Below are positions 26,201-39,000 of a stretch of 64,000 nt of DNA, one piece after another. Each line of letters begins with the position of its first letter. Positions within the stretch are counted from its first letter, which is position 1. The position numbers and the translations under genes are program-made. The notes beneath the pieces were generated by a model. That model was not told where the DNA came from. It ran no database searches and saw nothing but the letters and a program-made list of their open reading frames with translations. Source of the stretch: Nageia nagi (taxonomy: Eukaryota > Plantae > Pinophyta); assembly GCA_050084985.1 (NCBI GenBank), contig JBITNC010000001.1, forward strand, positions 145,266,001 to 145,330,000, in the 5' to 3' direction.

Positions 26201-29200
26201 TGCAATGGGCATAAATTGAAACTATTGTATGTGAAACCTATGTTTTTATGAAAAGAGTTTGGAAGATTGACAGTTGAGTTTTAAATTTTTTAATTGACGG
26301 GTTCCTCTTCTATCTAGAATGCAGATTACTTTAGCTGCTAATTTGATAAATGCCCATTAATAAATTTAGTTTGATGATAAGTCAAACTTCAGTTACTTTA
26401 GCTGCTAATTTGATAAATGCCCATTAATGAAATTAGTTTGATGATAAGTCAAATTTCTTGTTATTGTTGCAGTAAGCGCACAAGTGGGTTTGATTTAGCA
26501 CCTGCAGGAACTTGCATTGCACCTACTGCATCACTTACAGGTTTGATCTTTGAGAGATATATTATGATATTATCTATCTTTGAAGTCACCTGGATTTCAT
26601 TGTTTGAACTTTGAATTAATCACTTTGTTATCATCAATGCTTTTGTTGCAGCACTAGAAAGATTTTATGCATGAAACAATATAAATTTGGAGACAAGGAG
26701 GCAAGCTTACTTAGAAACTAAATAAAACACCTTTCAGATAAGAATATTGATTTATTTTTAAAATCAAGGTGTAGTTTGCAACCTTTTGATTCTTGATATC
26801 CAGCATATTTGTGATTTTATTTTAATTATGGTCCTGGATGTTGACCTGGTCAATATGGGTAGCCATTTGGTTTGTTTTATGTTTCAAACGAGTGTCTAAA
26901 AGATTCTTGATATGACATACTTGGGTATCTTGCATTATTTGATTTGTAAGTAGGTAGGTTTTCCAGTTGGGTTATAGGAATTTTCTCTCTTTGCCTTGTA
27001 AAAGCTATGGAGCCTAATAAAAATGCTTTAACATGGGTGTTTGTATACCATCTTCTTCACTGGATTTCTATATTGACTGTTTAACACTTATACCTACATG
27101 GCTTATTGTTGACGTTGTGTTTCCTGTGCTGATAAGATTCATGCAGGATCCTAGAGGTTCTCACAGAAAGGTGATTATAAGCTTTCTAAAACTTATTGAG
27201 GGTACCTATCGTTTTGGTATTTACTGAGAATATGTGGCCTTAATACACACAGTAGTTCTTTGACTGTGTATTCTTAAATCAGTAGAATGATTCGGATGAT
27301 TAAAAGTCCAAGACATGGATTTGGCATCTATGTGGTTGATTTTGCAATGACAGCCTATTTGCTTATGCATGAGGGTTGTTATTTTCAATATTTGCTCCAA
27401 TAACATAATATGCAATCATGTGACTTACTATATTTGACCTTATTATCATATTGCTTTTCTTGCATTTATTTCGTTTTGTAACTCTAATGGGGATTCTTCA
27501 CCTTGTACTTGTGCATCCATGGAATCTTCCAATTGTGGCAGGTTTGCTGTGTATGCTTATGCAATTTCTACTTGTAGTTTGCACCATTAAGTGAAGACAT
27601 CAGCACATGCTCTGGTTTGTGTAATTTATGAATCATAACTACCAATGATTATTATTGAATATTTAGATACTCTTCATAGTCTCCTTAATCTTATTATATT
27701 CTTTCTGTGGCTGTAATTTGTTCATGTTCCTTTTCATTTGTATTTTAAGCCTTTTATCTTGAATACACTGGGAGCATAATTTTGCAGCCTGCTATGAGAA
27801 ATGATTCACTTCTTGAAATTGCTATCTATTTGTGCCTCCTTTATAATGTGACATTTTTTTTTTCTCTGCTTTCCATTGTGAATGTTAACAGGTTTTTTGA
27901 GTTCATATCTAATATCATATGAATTTATTGTTGAAGTTATAGAATGGTCCATAAAAGCTTGATTTCTGTTGTAGTCTCTAAAGGAAATTCTGGATTTGTA
28001 TGCTTTAGTATCTCCATATTCTTAAGCAAGAGAAGTTAACCTGTGCAAGCGTGGTGCTTACTGGTAATACTGCCTTAAGGAGGAAATATATTTAAATCCA
28101 TTAACTATTGTTTGTTGTATGCTTGAGAGATATAAATAACTCTTTCTTTTCTCTAACTTCTTGCAGACTGGTAATTCTTGGTAACTCTTTTTCTAGGTTA
28201 CTGCTAGAAAGCCCCATATTCTCATGTTCTCAATCTAAATATTGTTACATTATATAACTCATACAGGGAATTTGAGACTCTCACAACTTTTTTGGTTGAG
28301 CAAGTACTTCTTGATTCCAAAGAGGGTACTTAAACTCCTTATGGTTACCCAAGTCTGCTTTTTAGTACAAGTAAACCACAGAAGGTGTCATGGCCTCCAC
28401 TACGTAAATGACCCTCTTTACTAGGGCAATGGGTGTGTTTGTATTCTTTACTATATAATTATACGAGTCAATAATTTCCTTCCAAGTCACTGTGCCTGAT
28501 GACTGCTGACCTTGCTTGCAATTAAACTTTGATCTTTAATTGATTCATGGGGTGGTCTCACTAATCATCTCAGTTATTGGGCACATTTGCATGTTTTGCC
28601 TATATTGACACTTCAAACATTCTAGATGGCGATTAAAAAAAATCCTATAGGGACCTTTACTTGTTGTCTTGCAGTTGTTGCAAGCTTACATGCCTGTCAG
28701 ATTCTCAAGCTAATTTTGTGATGTCTCATACTTTTTAGATGTTGGTTGTGATTGAAATTTGTTGCTAAATGCAGGTTTAATGCCAGGAATTGGACAGGCT
28801 ATGCCAGGAGTATTCCCTTCAATGTTTCCGTTTGCTGGTGGTACCCAAGTATGTTCTGCTAAGATGCACTTTATATGTACATGCCTTGATATTAGTGAAT
28901 TGTCATTTAAGCATCATTATGATTAGACTAATATTCTATAGTTCAATTTGGTGAAACAAGTATGTTCTGCTAAGATGCACTTTATATGTACATGCCTTGA
29001 TAATAGTGAATCATCATTGAAGCGTCATTATGATTAGACTAGTATTCTACAGTCCAATTTGGTGAAATTTGGTTCAGCATTCTGACAGTTCAAATATGTA
29101 TGCAGATCATAATATCTTTATATGTTAATATCTAATGACATGCTTTTTTGTAACAATCACCGTGAATATGCAAATATAGTTTAGGTTTCTAGATTCTAAT

Positions 29201-32200
29201 TACTTAGATATTGGAATCATTTACTATGGTTCAATAGTAATGTTAAATTGCCATGTGTTCTGATATTTTCGTTGTTTTGCTCCTGGCTACATTTTTAACA
29301 AAACAAATATTTTCATAATGGTAATAGTAAATACCATATAAGCTCAAAGCAAATGTGGCATTGTCTAAAAGAGACTCGAATTAGGTATTAAGCGCCTCTG
29401 AGGGTGAACCAAATGAGTTTCAAAACCTATTGACGGCTGGACAAGTTTTACCATAATCTGTACTTGTATTAAAAATTCTCCGACTTATATAGAAGCATAA
29501 GTAGTACTGCTGGTGACCTTTTGAAGCGTTCAAATAAAAGTATACTGTATGAAATATGGTAGCTATTAGCATCCAGAATTTTAAACAATATATTTGGAAA
29601 ATGAGAAGCAGGCAACATTAACAATCCAATCTTAAAGAACTCTTGAAAGACACAGTGGCCCATGAAATATATGTGGTTTGGGCGTTGCACAATCTAAAGA
29701 CAAATTCAACATGAAGTATATGACAGTTCGGTTTTCTGACTTGCATAAAGAATCATATCAGAAAATCATAGGCTTTTGTGAGGTGCAATGGTGATCCATC
29801 AAGGGAACATTTGATCTTTGAAAACTAACTAGTGAATGTTATCTGTTACATTAATGTTTTCCTGAAAGGATTGTGTGGTGGAAATGAGACCTATACTTTA
29901 CTGATTATTGGATGATTTTTAGCTTAAGGATATCATATGATTTTATGTCTGATGAAATCTCTGTCTAGAAACTTTCTAATTAAAATTTAGAGTGCTCTTT
30001 ACATGCGTGTTTGAGTATCAGAGGATGGTTATGAAATCTAATGCTATATGCTTGGGAGGTTAGGATGTAATATGGCATATCTTTCACTGACGTGGTTTTA
30101 AAGGCTGCATCATGTCTTATTTGAAATTCTAAAATGCTTAACATATTTTTTGAGGTGTGATGTTTAATTGTAAATCATGATAGCTGTAAGCATGCTCAAG
30201 AAAACATTGGCCATGAGAGTAAAAAATCAGCTGAGAGTTTCAAAGTTCTAGATAGAATGATTTTTTAAACTACAGTTGAGAAAGTTGCACTCTGCAAAAA
30301 CTTGAACTGTGAGTTACTTGCCCAATGACTTAATGAGTTGACTTTTGACACTTTGAAAAACTTGCCAAATCTGGCATTTATGCTTTATACTACGTGACAT
30401 CTCTGTTATACCACTGGATGGTGAATCAATATATAATTCAAATTGTCAAAATTTCCATCCAACGTTGATACATCAATACAAAATGTCAAAATTGATATCT
30501 TTAATCCTTTAACTCAGTTATTTTTCATTAGAAGAAGTGAAATACATAGTAGCTTATTCAAGTTTTGAGCTATATGGCAGATTGTCCTAGTATTTTCACA
30601 GAAGTGAAGTAATCCTAACGGGCCAATAATGGTGTCTTCATCTGTTATATTCTAAGGACTCAGGTACTAAACACTCTAGGGCACTTCTAAGAAGTGAATA
30701 AGTGATTTTTAGGACATGGCCTAGCCAGCACATCACTTGGTGCATGAGACCTGCTTGTGAGAACACTGGAGCTTTTCTGTTTGTGAGGTTGAACAAAAAC
30801 ATATTTATTACATGCCTAAGTGATACAGGTTTGAAGGAGTGCCTGAATGAGTCCATGAAACAAAACAAATGGTTGCATTTGTTGTAAAAAATAAATATTA
30901 GGGTCAATCATCCATCTAAAACCCATCACCAAGATCTGACCAATGTTCTTTTGTGACTGGAACAGATGAAAAGTTGCAGTGTCATGTTTTTGGACACTTA
31001 GTACATGTACCTAGGCCTGTCCTCTGCTGTTGTACTCTATCCTTCTTTTTATGCTAATACACAGTTGCTGGATTTCCTATGTGTGCTTGTGTATATTTCA
31101 CAAAATTATTTCCATATATTATATGTTTGGGCAAATGTTAAATGCTCAGTGAATATTACTTTTTTCCTGGAGGATTTAGAGGTTGCATTCGTTTTTATAT
31201 TAATTTAGTCTTTCCTGTTGTGTAGGCAACTAGACATGCTAGAAGAGTATATGTTGGTGGATTGCCTCCAACTGCCAATGAACAGGTGAGATGGTTGATG
31301 CATATTACATGTCAAATATCATCTGCATCTGGGTGACTTTGTTTCCATTTTAGCATGCTCTGAGGATTTTACCAGAGTCTCAATTAAAGCTGACACATGA
31401 TGTAGAATGTTGCTGCATACTTTAGTCAAGTGATGGCTGTTATTGGAGGAAACACTGCTGGACCAGGTATCCTTAGTCTTAAGTTCTGTATCTGTATATT
31501 TCTAGAGATGCTAACCTTTGGAGACTCACTTTAGTGTAAAAACTTGGTGTTGATCACTTACAAGGTCACATGTTCAGGGATGCTGTAGTTAATGTGTACA
31601 TCAACCAGGAGAAGAGGTTTGCTTTTGTTGAAATGCGGACAGCAGAAGAAGCTAGCAATGCTATGGCATTGGATGGAATTGTTTATGAGGTAAATAAGCT
31701 GTCATTTGAGAAAGTAGTTTGTTGCAACATCAATCAAATGATCCTTTTATAATGTCACCTAGAGCATAATCACCCGGAATTGCAACAATCTAACAATACA
31801 TGCTAAATCCCCACTTATTGAGATCTTTTTATTGGTGTTAATGGCTTATATTGAAATACAGAGACATACATGTATGCCTATGCATATTTATGTTACGTAT
31901 ATCATACATGCTCATATAGATCCACTTGTGGTAGTTAAGTGTACTTTCCCAACAAATGGAATCACCAAGGCACTTATACATGCTCTGAAAGCAATACAAG
32001 GGAACTTATGCAACTAAATGCAAGTCACTGATAATGATAACTCAATCAGTCAATAGATTTGTAGAAGATTATTTCATCCATAATGAACTCCAAATAAATG
32101 TATCCAAGGCATCGATAGCATACCAGCATTTGAACCTAGGAAAAGTAAACATTCATGGCTGGTTGAGGGACATACAATCTAAGACTCTCTCAATTTGTTT

Positions 32201-33026
32201 GAGAAGTCTTTGGTGACCGTGACATGGTTACCTTCTAGCTCCAATAAACACATAACATGATACTCACTAAAAGACAAGGACAAATAACTACAACAATCGT
32301 AAATATTATACCCATGATGTAATACTATTCCTAACACCTCAGAAGAAGTCTATGTATAGATACAAACAACTCTCACAATCCCTACCTACCTGAGTGGTTT
32401 TTACCATTCATCTAATATTAATTTTATTATTTTACAATGATGTAATAAATTTTTAACATCCCCCTTTATTACATCATGCTCCAAACAAGGATAACTACTT
32501 GATGAATGTGCTCATTAGTTCATCTACATACCATAATAAAATAGGGACTCACACATCTATCCATTATTAGCAATAGTGGAACTCGTCTCACTATGCTTCT
32601 TCATCTAACCATGAACTGGACACACTCAATCATCTTTGATTCGTTAATGTAATTGGATAAGCACACACATTATTCAAATATCAAAGTTGTGAAAAAGGAC
32701 ACACGCTCTCACCTCTTGTTAAGGGAGTTGGGAGATGAGTGAGTTGTGAAGGCACTCACATTGAATGTTAATGTTCAACTCCCATCCCGTACATTGATGA
32801 TATTTAAAACCTCTTGATACGTCCTACAAACCAATGGGTTTAAAAGGACATAAAATCTCTCTCTCTCTCTCTTATATATATATATATGCAAAGGCTATCC
32901 AGCCTCCTAAATTCTCCCCTTTGTACTATCATTGATGTCTTCATTGGAGCGTATACATACAACTTACAAAGAGGGAAATTTTAGAGGCTGGATAGCTTGT
33001 GTGCACACACACACATATATATACAT

Positions 33027-33079
<53 letters not shown>

Positions 33080-36000
33080 ATAGGTGATATTTAAAAAATA
33101 GGTTTTAATGGATATTAAATGTTGACTTCACTTTTATCACCTCTTGTTAGGGGAGTTGAGAGACAAGTGATATTTAAAAGCTTGTGACAGGTCCTACAAA
33201 CCAATAGGTTTTAAAAAGGAATTAGATTTTGGCTTCACTTGTATCACCTCTAGTTAGGGGAGATGATAGACAAGTGGGTGTGAAGGCACTCACATCGAAG
33301 GTTCCATGTTCAACTCCCACACATTGGTGATATTTAGAAATTGATGATTGGTCTTACAAATTTGTTTAAAAGAACATTAATGTTGACTTTGCTTTTATTA
33401 CCACTTGTTAGGGGAGTTGGTGAGGTGTGAAAGCACCCATATTAAAGGTTCCAAGTTCAACTCCCCCCTCCTACATTGGTGATATTTTAAAACTTTTGAT
33501 AGGTCCTACAAACCAATAGGTTTAAAGGACATTAAATGTTGACTTTACTTTTTTACTTTTACACATGATTGGAGACACACAACCAATCATAAATAATTGG
33601 ATAGGGACATACATTATTCAACAAACCAAGGATAGGGACAAACACATCTATCCAACATTAATGGTATGAATAGGGACGCATACATCTGTTAACAATAATT
33701 ATGATTTGGGGACATGCATCCAGTCATTATGAACAATTGTGATTAGGTGCAAATGCATCAAATCACTATTAGCTAACAAAAATGATTGGGAACAAATACG
33801 TTCAATCGCATCCATCATCTTGTGAATGGAGACAAACACATCCATTGACTCTAAGTGGGGTATGGCCCTTCTTTGAACTTGCTTTCTCAACCATAAGTGT
33901 CCTTATGGTAATCTTCTCATCCTACCAAATTGGATGGATGACCAGTCATTGCAACCTTCAACTGTAATAGAGTAGATCACTACTTCCGAGGTTCGTTGTA
34001 TTGGTTCTATTCCAAGCCTTCATTTTCCTTGATTACCTATGAAAACTCGAGGGATCTTCATGATCAAGTGCACATTTAATTTGAGGAAAAAATATATCCT
34101 CCCCCCTTAATGTGAACTTCTCATAGTACAAATTTTAGGAGTGTTTGGTACCATTGAGCATGCACTATGAATACCATTGATTATGCATCCCAATCAACCT
34201 TTGCATATGACATAAAATTCTTTTTTTGGTATAAAATAATTTTGAAAATTCAAATAAATTTCAAAATAGATATTGAATAAAATTTGTGGGATAAAGTTTG
34301 TCCATTCCCATGAAACTCACTGAAAGACATAGACAAATAACTATAACAACCTTAAATATTATACCCGTGATGTAATACTATTCCTAACACCTCACAAAAT
34401 TCTTATGAATAGATACAAACAACTCACACAACCCCGACCTAGTTAAGTGGTTTTTGCTACTCATCTAATATTAATTTTATTCATTGCTTGTTTCTTTACG
34501 GAAAGGGTGAACTGATTGCAGCTTACAATCCTTTATGAAAGGGTAACAGTCTTCCTTCATAGTACTCTTCCTCTCAGGTTTGCCTCAGTTACCTCCATTA
34601 GTAGCCCTTTTGTGGCCTGCCATACTAATGGTGATAAGAGCAGAAATTACCTCTAGGTTTTTTTCCTGTAATCCTTCCTTTAAAACTAGCTAAAGTCTTC
34701 AATAGTTGAATTGGCATCCTCAAGGGAGAGTCAAGCCTGACAGGTTGTGAATGTCTCTCCATGATAAATTTGAAGTCACACATAATTATCAAGGTCATTA
34801 TTGTCACATGTGGATTCATCTTCACTGTCATTGCATTCGTTATTTTAGTTATTCTTATCAAAAGGAGAATTATCATTTACCTTGGTTGAACTTGAAACAC
34901 CCTTCAAAGAATTGCAACAGAGCATTGAGCTTCCAAAACCATGCACAGCAAAAAATACAGCCTCAAAAATTTGGGTCTAATAATAGGCTTATAAAAAATT
35001 AAGTTAAAAAAATACATTGCACCTCATGTTGTCCTCTTGATGGTTTGGCAAGAGGAGATTGGTTGTTGCTTTCATGGTTTTGATTGGATCTATTGCCTTT
35101 GTAACCAATTCGCAAGTTCTATTTTTCAGATATGGTAGTGTGGTGGACATGGGGCAGCTCTTTAGAGAGAGAGAGAAAAGATTGTGCCTCATGTTGGCTA
35201 TTCATCAAACCTGTGTGTTATATACAAAACCATCCTCCTTTAGAAGGTACGATGGGTATGCATGTGTCCCCATGTGCTTCAAATTAAATGACCGGTCTTG
35301 GTGGTTATGAGTGTGTCCCCTTGTACTCCAAATTAAATGAGCCGTCTTGGTGGTTATAAGTGTGCTCGTAATATAGCACAATCATCTGGAGACCATTAAC
35401 CAAATGAGCATGCATTACAAAGGAATGGCGCCAAATATTGGAACTTTCCCCTAAAATTTTTGAATTTGGATCTTTACCCTCATTTTGCTAAAACTTGACC
35501 AATCTGAGAAGCAACTTTTTGCTAAAATTGAGCTTGTGTCTGGAAGTGCAAAACAGTCACCTCCCTTGATTATTCAGAAGGAATCTAAATATGGAAATGG
35601 TTTTTAAAATTCTACATGATTTGCAAGATATTACCGATTAAAATGGAAATTTTGCAATAACTTGTTTAAAAAGAAGTTTAATTAAACAGAATATGGGAGT
35701 TAGTTTTAGGAAAGTCTAAGATGGTGACCAAACAAAATGGCAAGGTACCTGCTAGAGCAGCTAGAGAGAGAGGAATTGAATGAAGTCTGCCAAGTGCCCT
35801 TATTAAAAATAAACGCCAATAGGGAGCCTTGGGGTTTAAATAAATTGAAGCAGCAAGAGTCCCCATTGTGCGAAAGGATGGAGCGTAGTATTAGTTATTA
35901 CAATGCCACTTTTCCAGAAGAATCACCAATAGACTATCACACCTTGGCAATGAAACGATGAAAGGAAATGAATGCAAGTAAAGACACATCACCAGATATC

Positions 36001-39000
36001 ATATTATAATAAATAGCATAGAGGAAGATCATTTCATCCTATGGTACTCAACATAAGCATCAAACTAAAGAAGTTATCTACACCAATTTAGAAGCTCCTG
36101 AACCAGGGATTAATATTTTGACGACAAGATATGAACAATACTTGATGATGCTTTGAAGAGATGAAATGAAATGAGGAATTTCCTTATGACCTCTGAGAAT
36201 TTATTGTATTCCAATATTTAAAGCTAGGCCAAGGTCAAATAACCAAAGTTGGTGATGTTGACTTAAGAAAGATCTTGGTAACATTGTAAAGTGGTCCTGC
36301 TAGGTAAATAAGGAAGAACACCATAAAGAATAACATATTCCAACATAATCATGTGATCCAACCCTTTCTGTTTCGTTGCCATCTGGGCAGTTGGTTCCTT
36401 TTGGTGCATATATATTATCTTTTCACAAATTTTGTTCAACATATCCTTTCCTTTGTCTGACAGTTTTGTAATTGGATTTAAATATAATTTGGATTCATTA
36501 GAAAATTCATAATCAAATATGATATTTTGTTTTTTCATTCTAATTTCCTCAATATCTTTTGTTTTGTTACAGTAGGTGTGGATGCTATTTTTCTTGATCC
36601 TGCTTTATTTATTGCTGCAGATTTTGAAAATTTGAGATGTAAAATGTTTTTTTATGGTGGATTTCTATTACTAATATTTTCCACAATGATTGCACAAACC
36701 AGGGTGCTCCTGTACGTGTGAAAAGACCAAGTGATTATAATCCATTACTTGCAGCTGCCCTTGGACCAAGTCAACCAAGTCCTAATCTCAACCTGGGTGC
36801 TGTGGGATTGGTTCCTGGGTATGCTTTAATCCAACTTCTAAGTTATTAGAAACTTTGATACACAACGCATTGACTAGCTTGTATTATTTGTTGTGTTAAA
36901 GCACGGTGACTTGGTGCTTCTTGCATGGTCACGAATCTCATGATAGAACTTATGGCTGGCTAATTCAATCCAATGATTTTGCAGATCATCAAGTGTCATA
37001 GATGGACCGGATCGTATATTTGTTGGAGGTTTACCATACTATCTAGCAGAAGATCAAATTATTGATCTTCTCTCATCATTTGGGTATGTAAATGGTGTTC
37101 TTCATCTTTTGTCTTGACAAAATAGTTTAATATGTTAAGCAAGAGGCTTGATCCTCTTCATTCCATTTATTTGTAGACCATTGGGCGCATTTGATCTTGT
37201 GAAGGACCGTGAGACGGGAAACTCAAAAGGATATGGCTTCTGTGTTTACCAGGTTAGAACCGTACCATAATGATTTCTACCAGTGTCACATAACAGCCAT
37301 GGTGTAAGCAATGTTATGGTGGATATGGGCTTCAATTTTCTTCTTATCTTATCTCAGGATCCAGCAGTGATAGATATTGCTTGTGCTGCTCTTAATGGTT
37401 TGAAGATGGGTGACAGAACACTCACTGTAAGACGTGCTTCTGCAAGGTTTGGAAGATCCATCATAATTGCTTGAAAATAAAAAGGATATAAAAATATCTT
37501 CTGTGGTTGCCTTTTTCAAAATAATTGAAACTCTGATATGTTTAATCTTTTTATAAGTTTGTAAACTCTCTTTGAGAAGTAACAGCTCACAGATGTCAGT
37601 TGCATGGTAGATTTTAGATGGTAATCCTTTTCCGTTTTCTTCTGAGTTTTCTTGATTCAACTGTTTATATGCTTCTTTTGTGATATCTAGTGTATGGTTA
37701 TTACTTATTTGTACCATCATTTGCTCTCTGTGTAAATTGTAGGCAAAATAAATCCTTATTTTTCATCATTTGTAAGGAATGTACCATGGCAAAATTTGGG
37801 AGTTTCTTAATTTGAAGATATAATCTGTCAGCCTTGTATCAAATTTTGTTCTCTGTATGCAATGCCGCTTTCCATTTGTTATATCACACCGGAAATTAAA
37901 TTTCTTGTAGTTGAATGTAGTTCCTGCGAAGTCTATTTTCTTTTACAGTTGAATAGGAAATCAAATTTGCTGTTGTAAGTTCTGAGTGTTTTTTAGCAGC
38001 ACGTGATGTATGCTATGAAATGGCCCAAGCATTTTATTCTCTTATTTATTTTAATGCAGTGGCCAGCCTAAGCCCGAGCAGGCTGATGTTCTTGTTCAAG
38101 CACAGCAACAAATTGCTGTTCAGGTCTGTGGCATAATGAATATTTGTTGTTTTCTACTTGGCGCCAGATATCTACTTTATTGTTCTCATATCAATTTCTT
38201 ATTTGCATGTCTATCAGAAACTAGCTCTCCAATGGAGTGGGGCAACTAGTATGTCTGCCATGATACCAGGGTTGGTTGCAGAAGCTGAGAGTAACCAAAC
38301 AACAAACATAGCTACAAAAGTAGTCTGCCTTTCTCAGGTAAGCAACAGTTGACATTCATTATTGTTTTGGGTATTCGGAGTAGATTGTCTTATATGATAT
38401 TACTTACCAGGTTGTGGGACTTGATGATCTGAGGGATGACAACGAGTATGAAGAGATTGTGGAAGATATGCGGGATGAGTGTGGAAAGTATGGTGAGTAT
38501 CAAGATTTATTTCAGTAATCTTCGGTACTTTTGTTAGGAATTCATTTTTGAGAAATTTGGTGGTGCATTATTTAAACTGCATTTATTTCCGGTTTGGAAT
38601 TGATATCCTATTCTTCAGAAGCCTAGAGAATACAATTGAAGTTTTAATTTTTGTTGTAGGAACGTTGATAAACCTTGTCATCCCTCGCCCCGGATCATCT
38701 GAAAATGAAGCTTCATCGGGTGTGGGCATGGTAAATTCAAACATATTTCTAATGTGCGCTCTCTTTTTGTGTTTGTTAACTGGGAAGACAGGCTAGTTGA
38801 CTTTCTCTTGGTTTTCATAATTCCAGTGGATACCCATGTACTACTAGTCTTGTTTTTTCAGATGAAAACCTACTTTAATTGCACTTAGTATTTGCAGATG
38901 CTGTGGAAACCTAGGGATTTCTTAGATTTGATAAGTAGAGATGTCATTCCTGCTAACATCATAAATCTTGATCAGGTTTTTGTTGAATATTCCGATGCTC

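Noticed and set aside
32700-33560. Repeat-spacer-like array suggesting CRISPR
   Set aside because: Units are long, degenerate and lack unique spacers; eukaryotic intron context; no cas genes.
37349-37720. 123-aa antisense ORF overlapping a U2AF65 exon
   Set aside because: No recognisable motif; consistent with chance.
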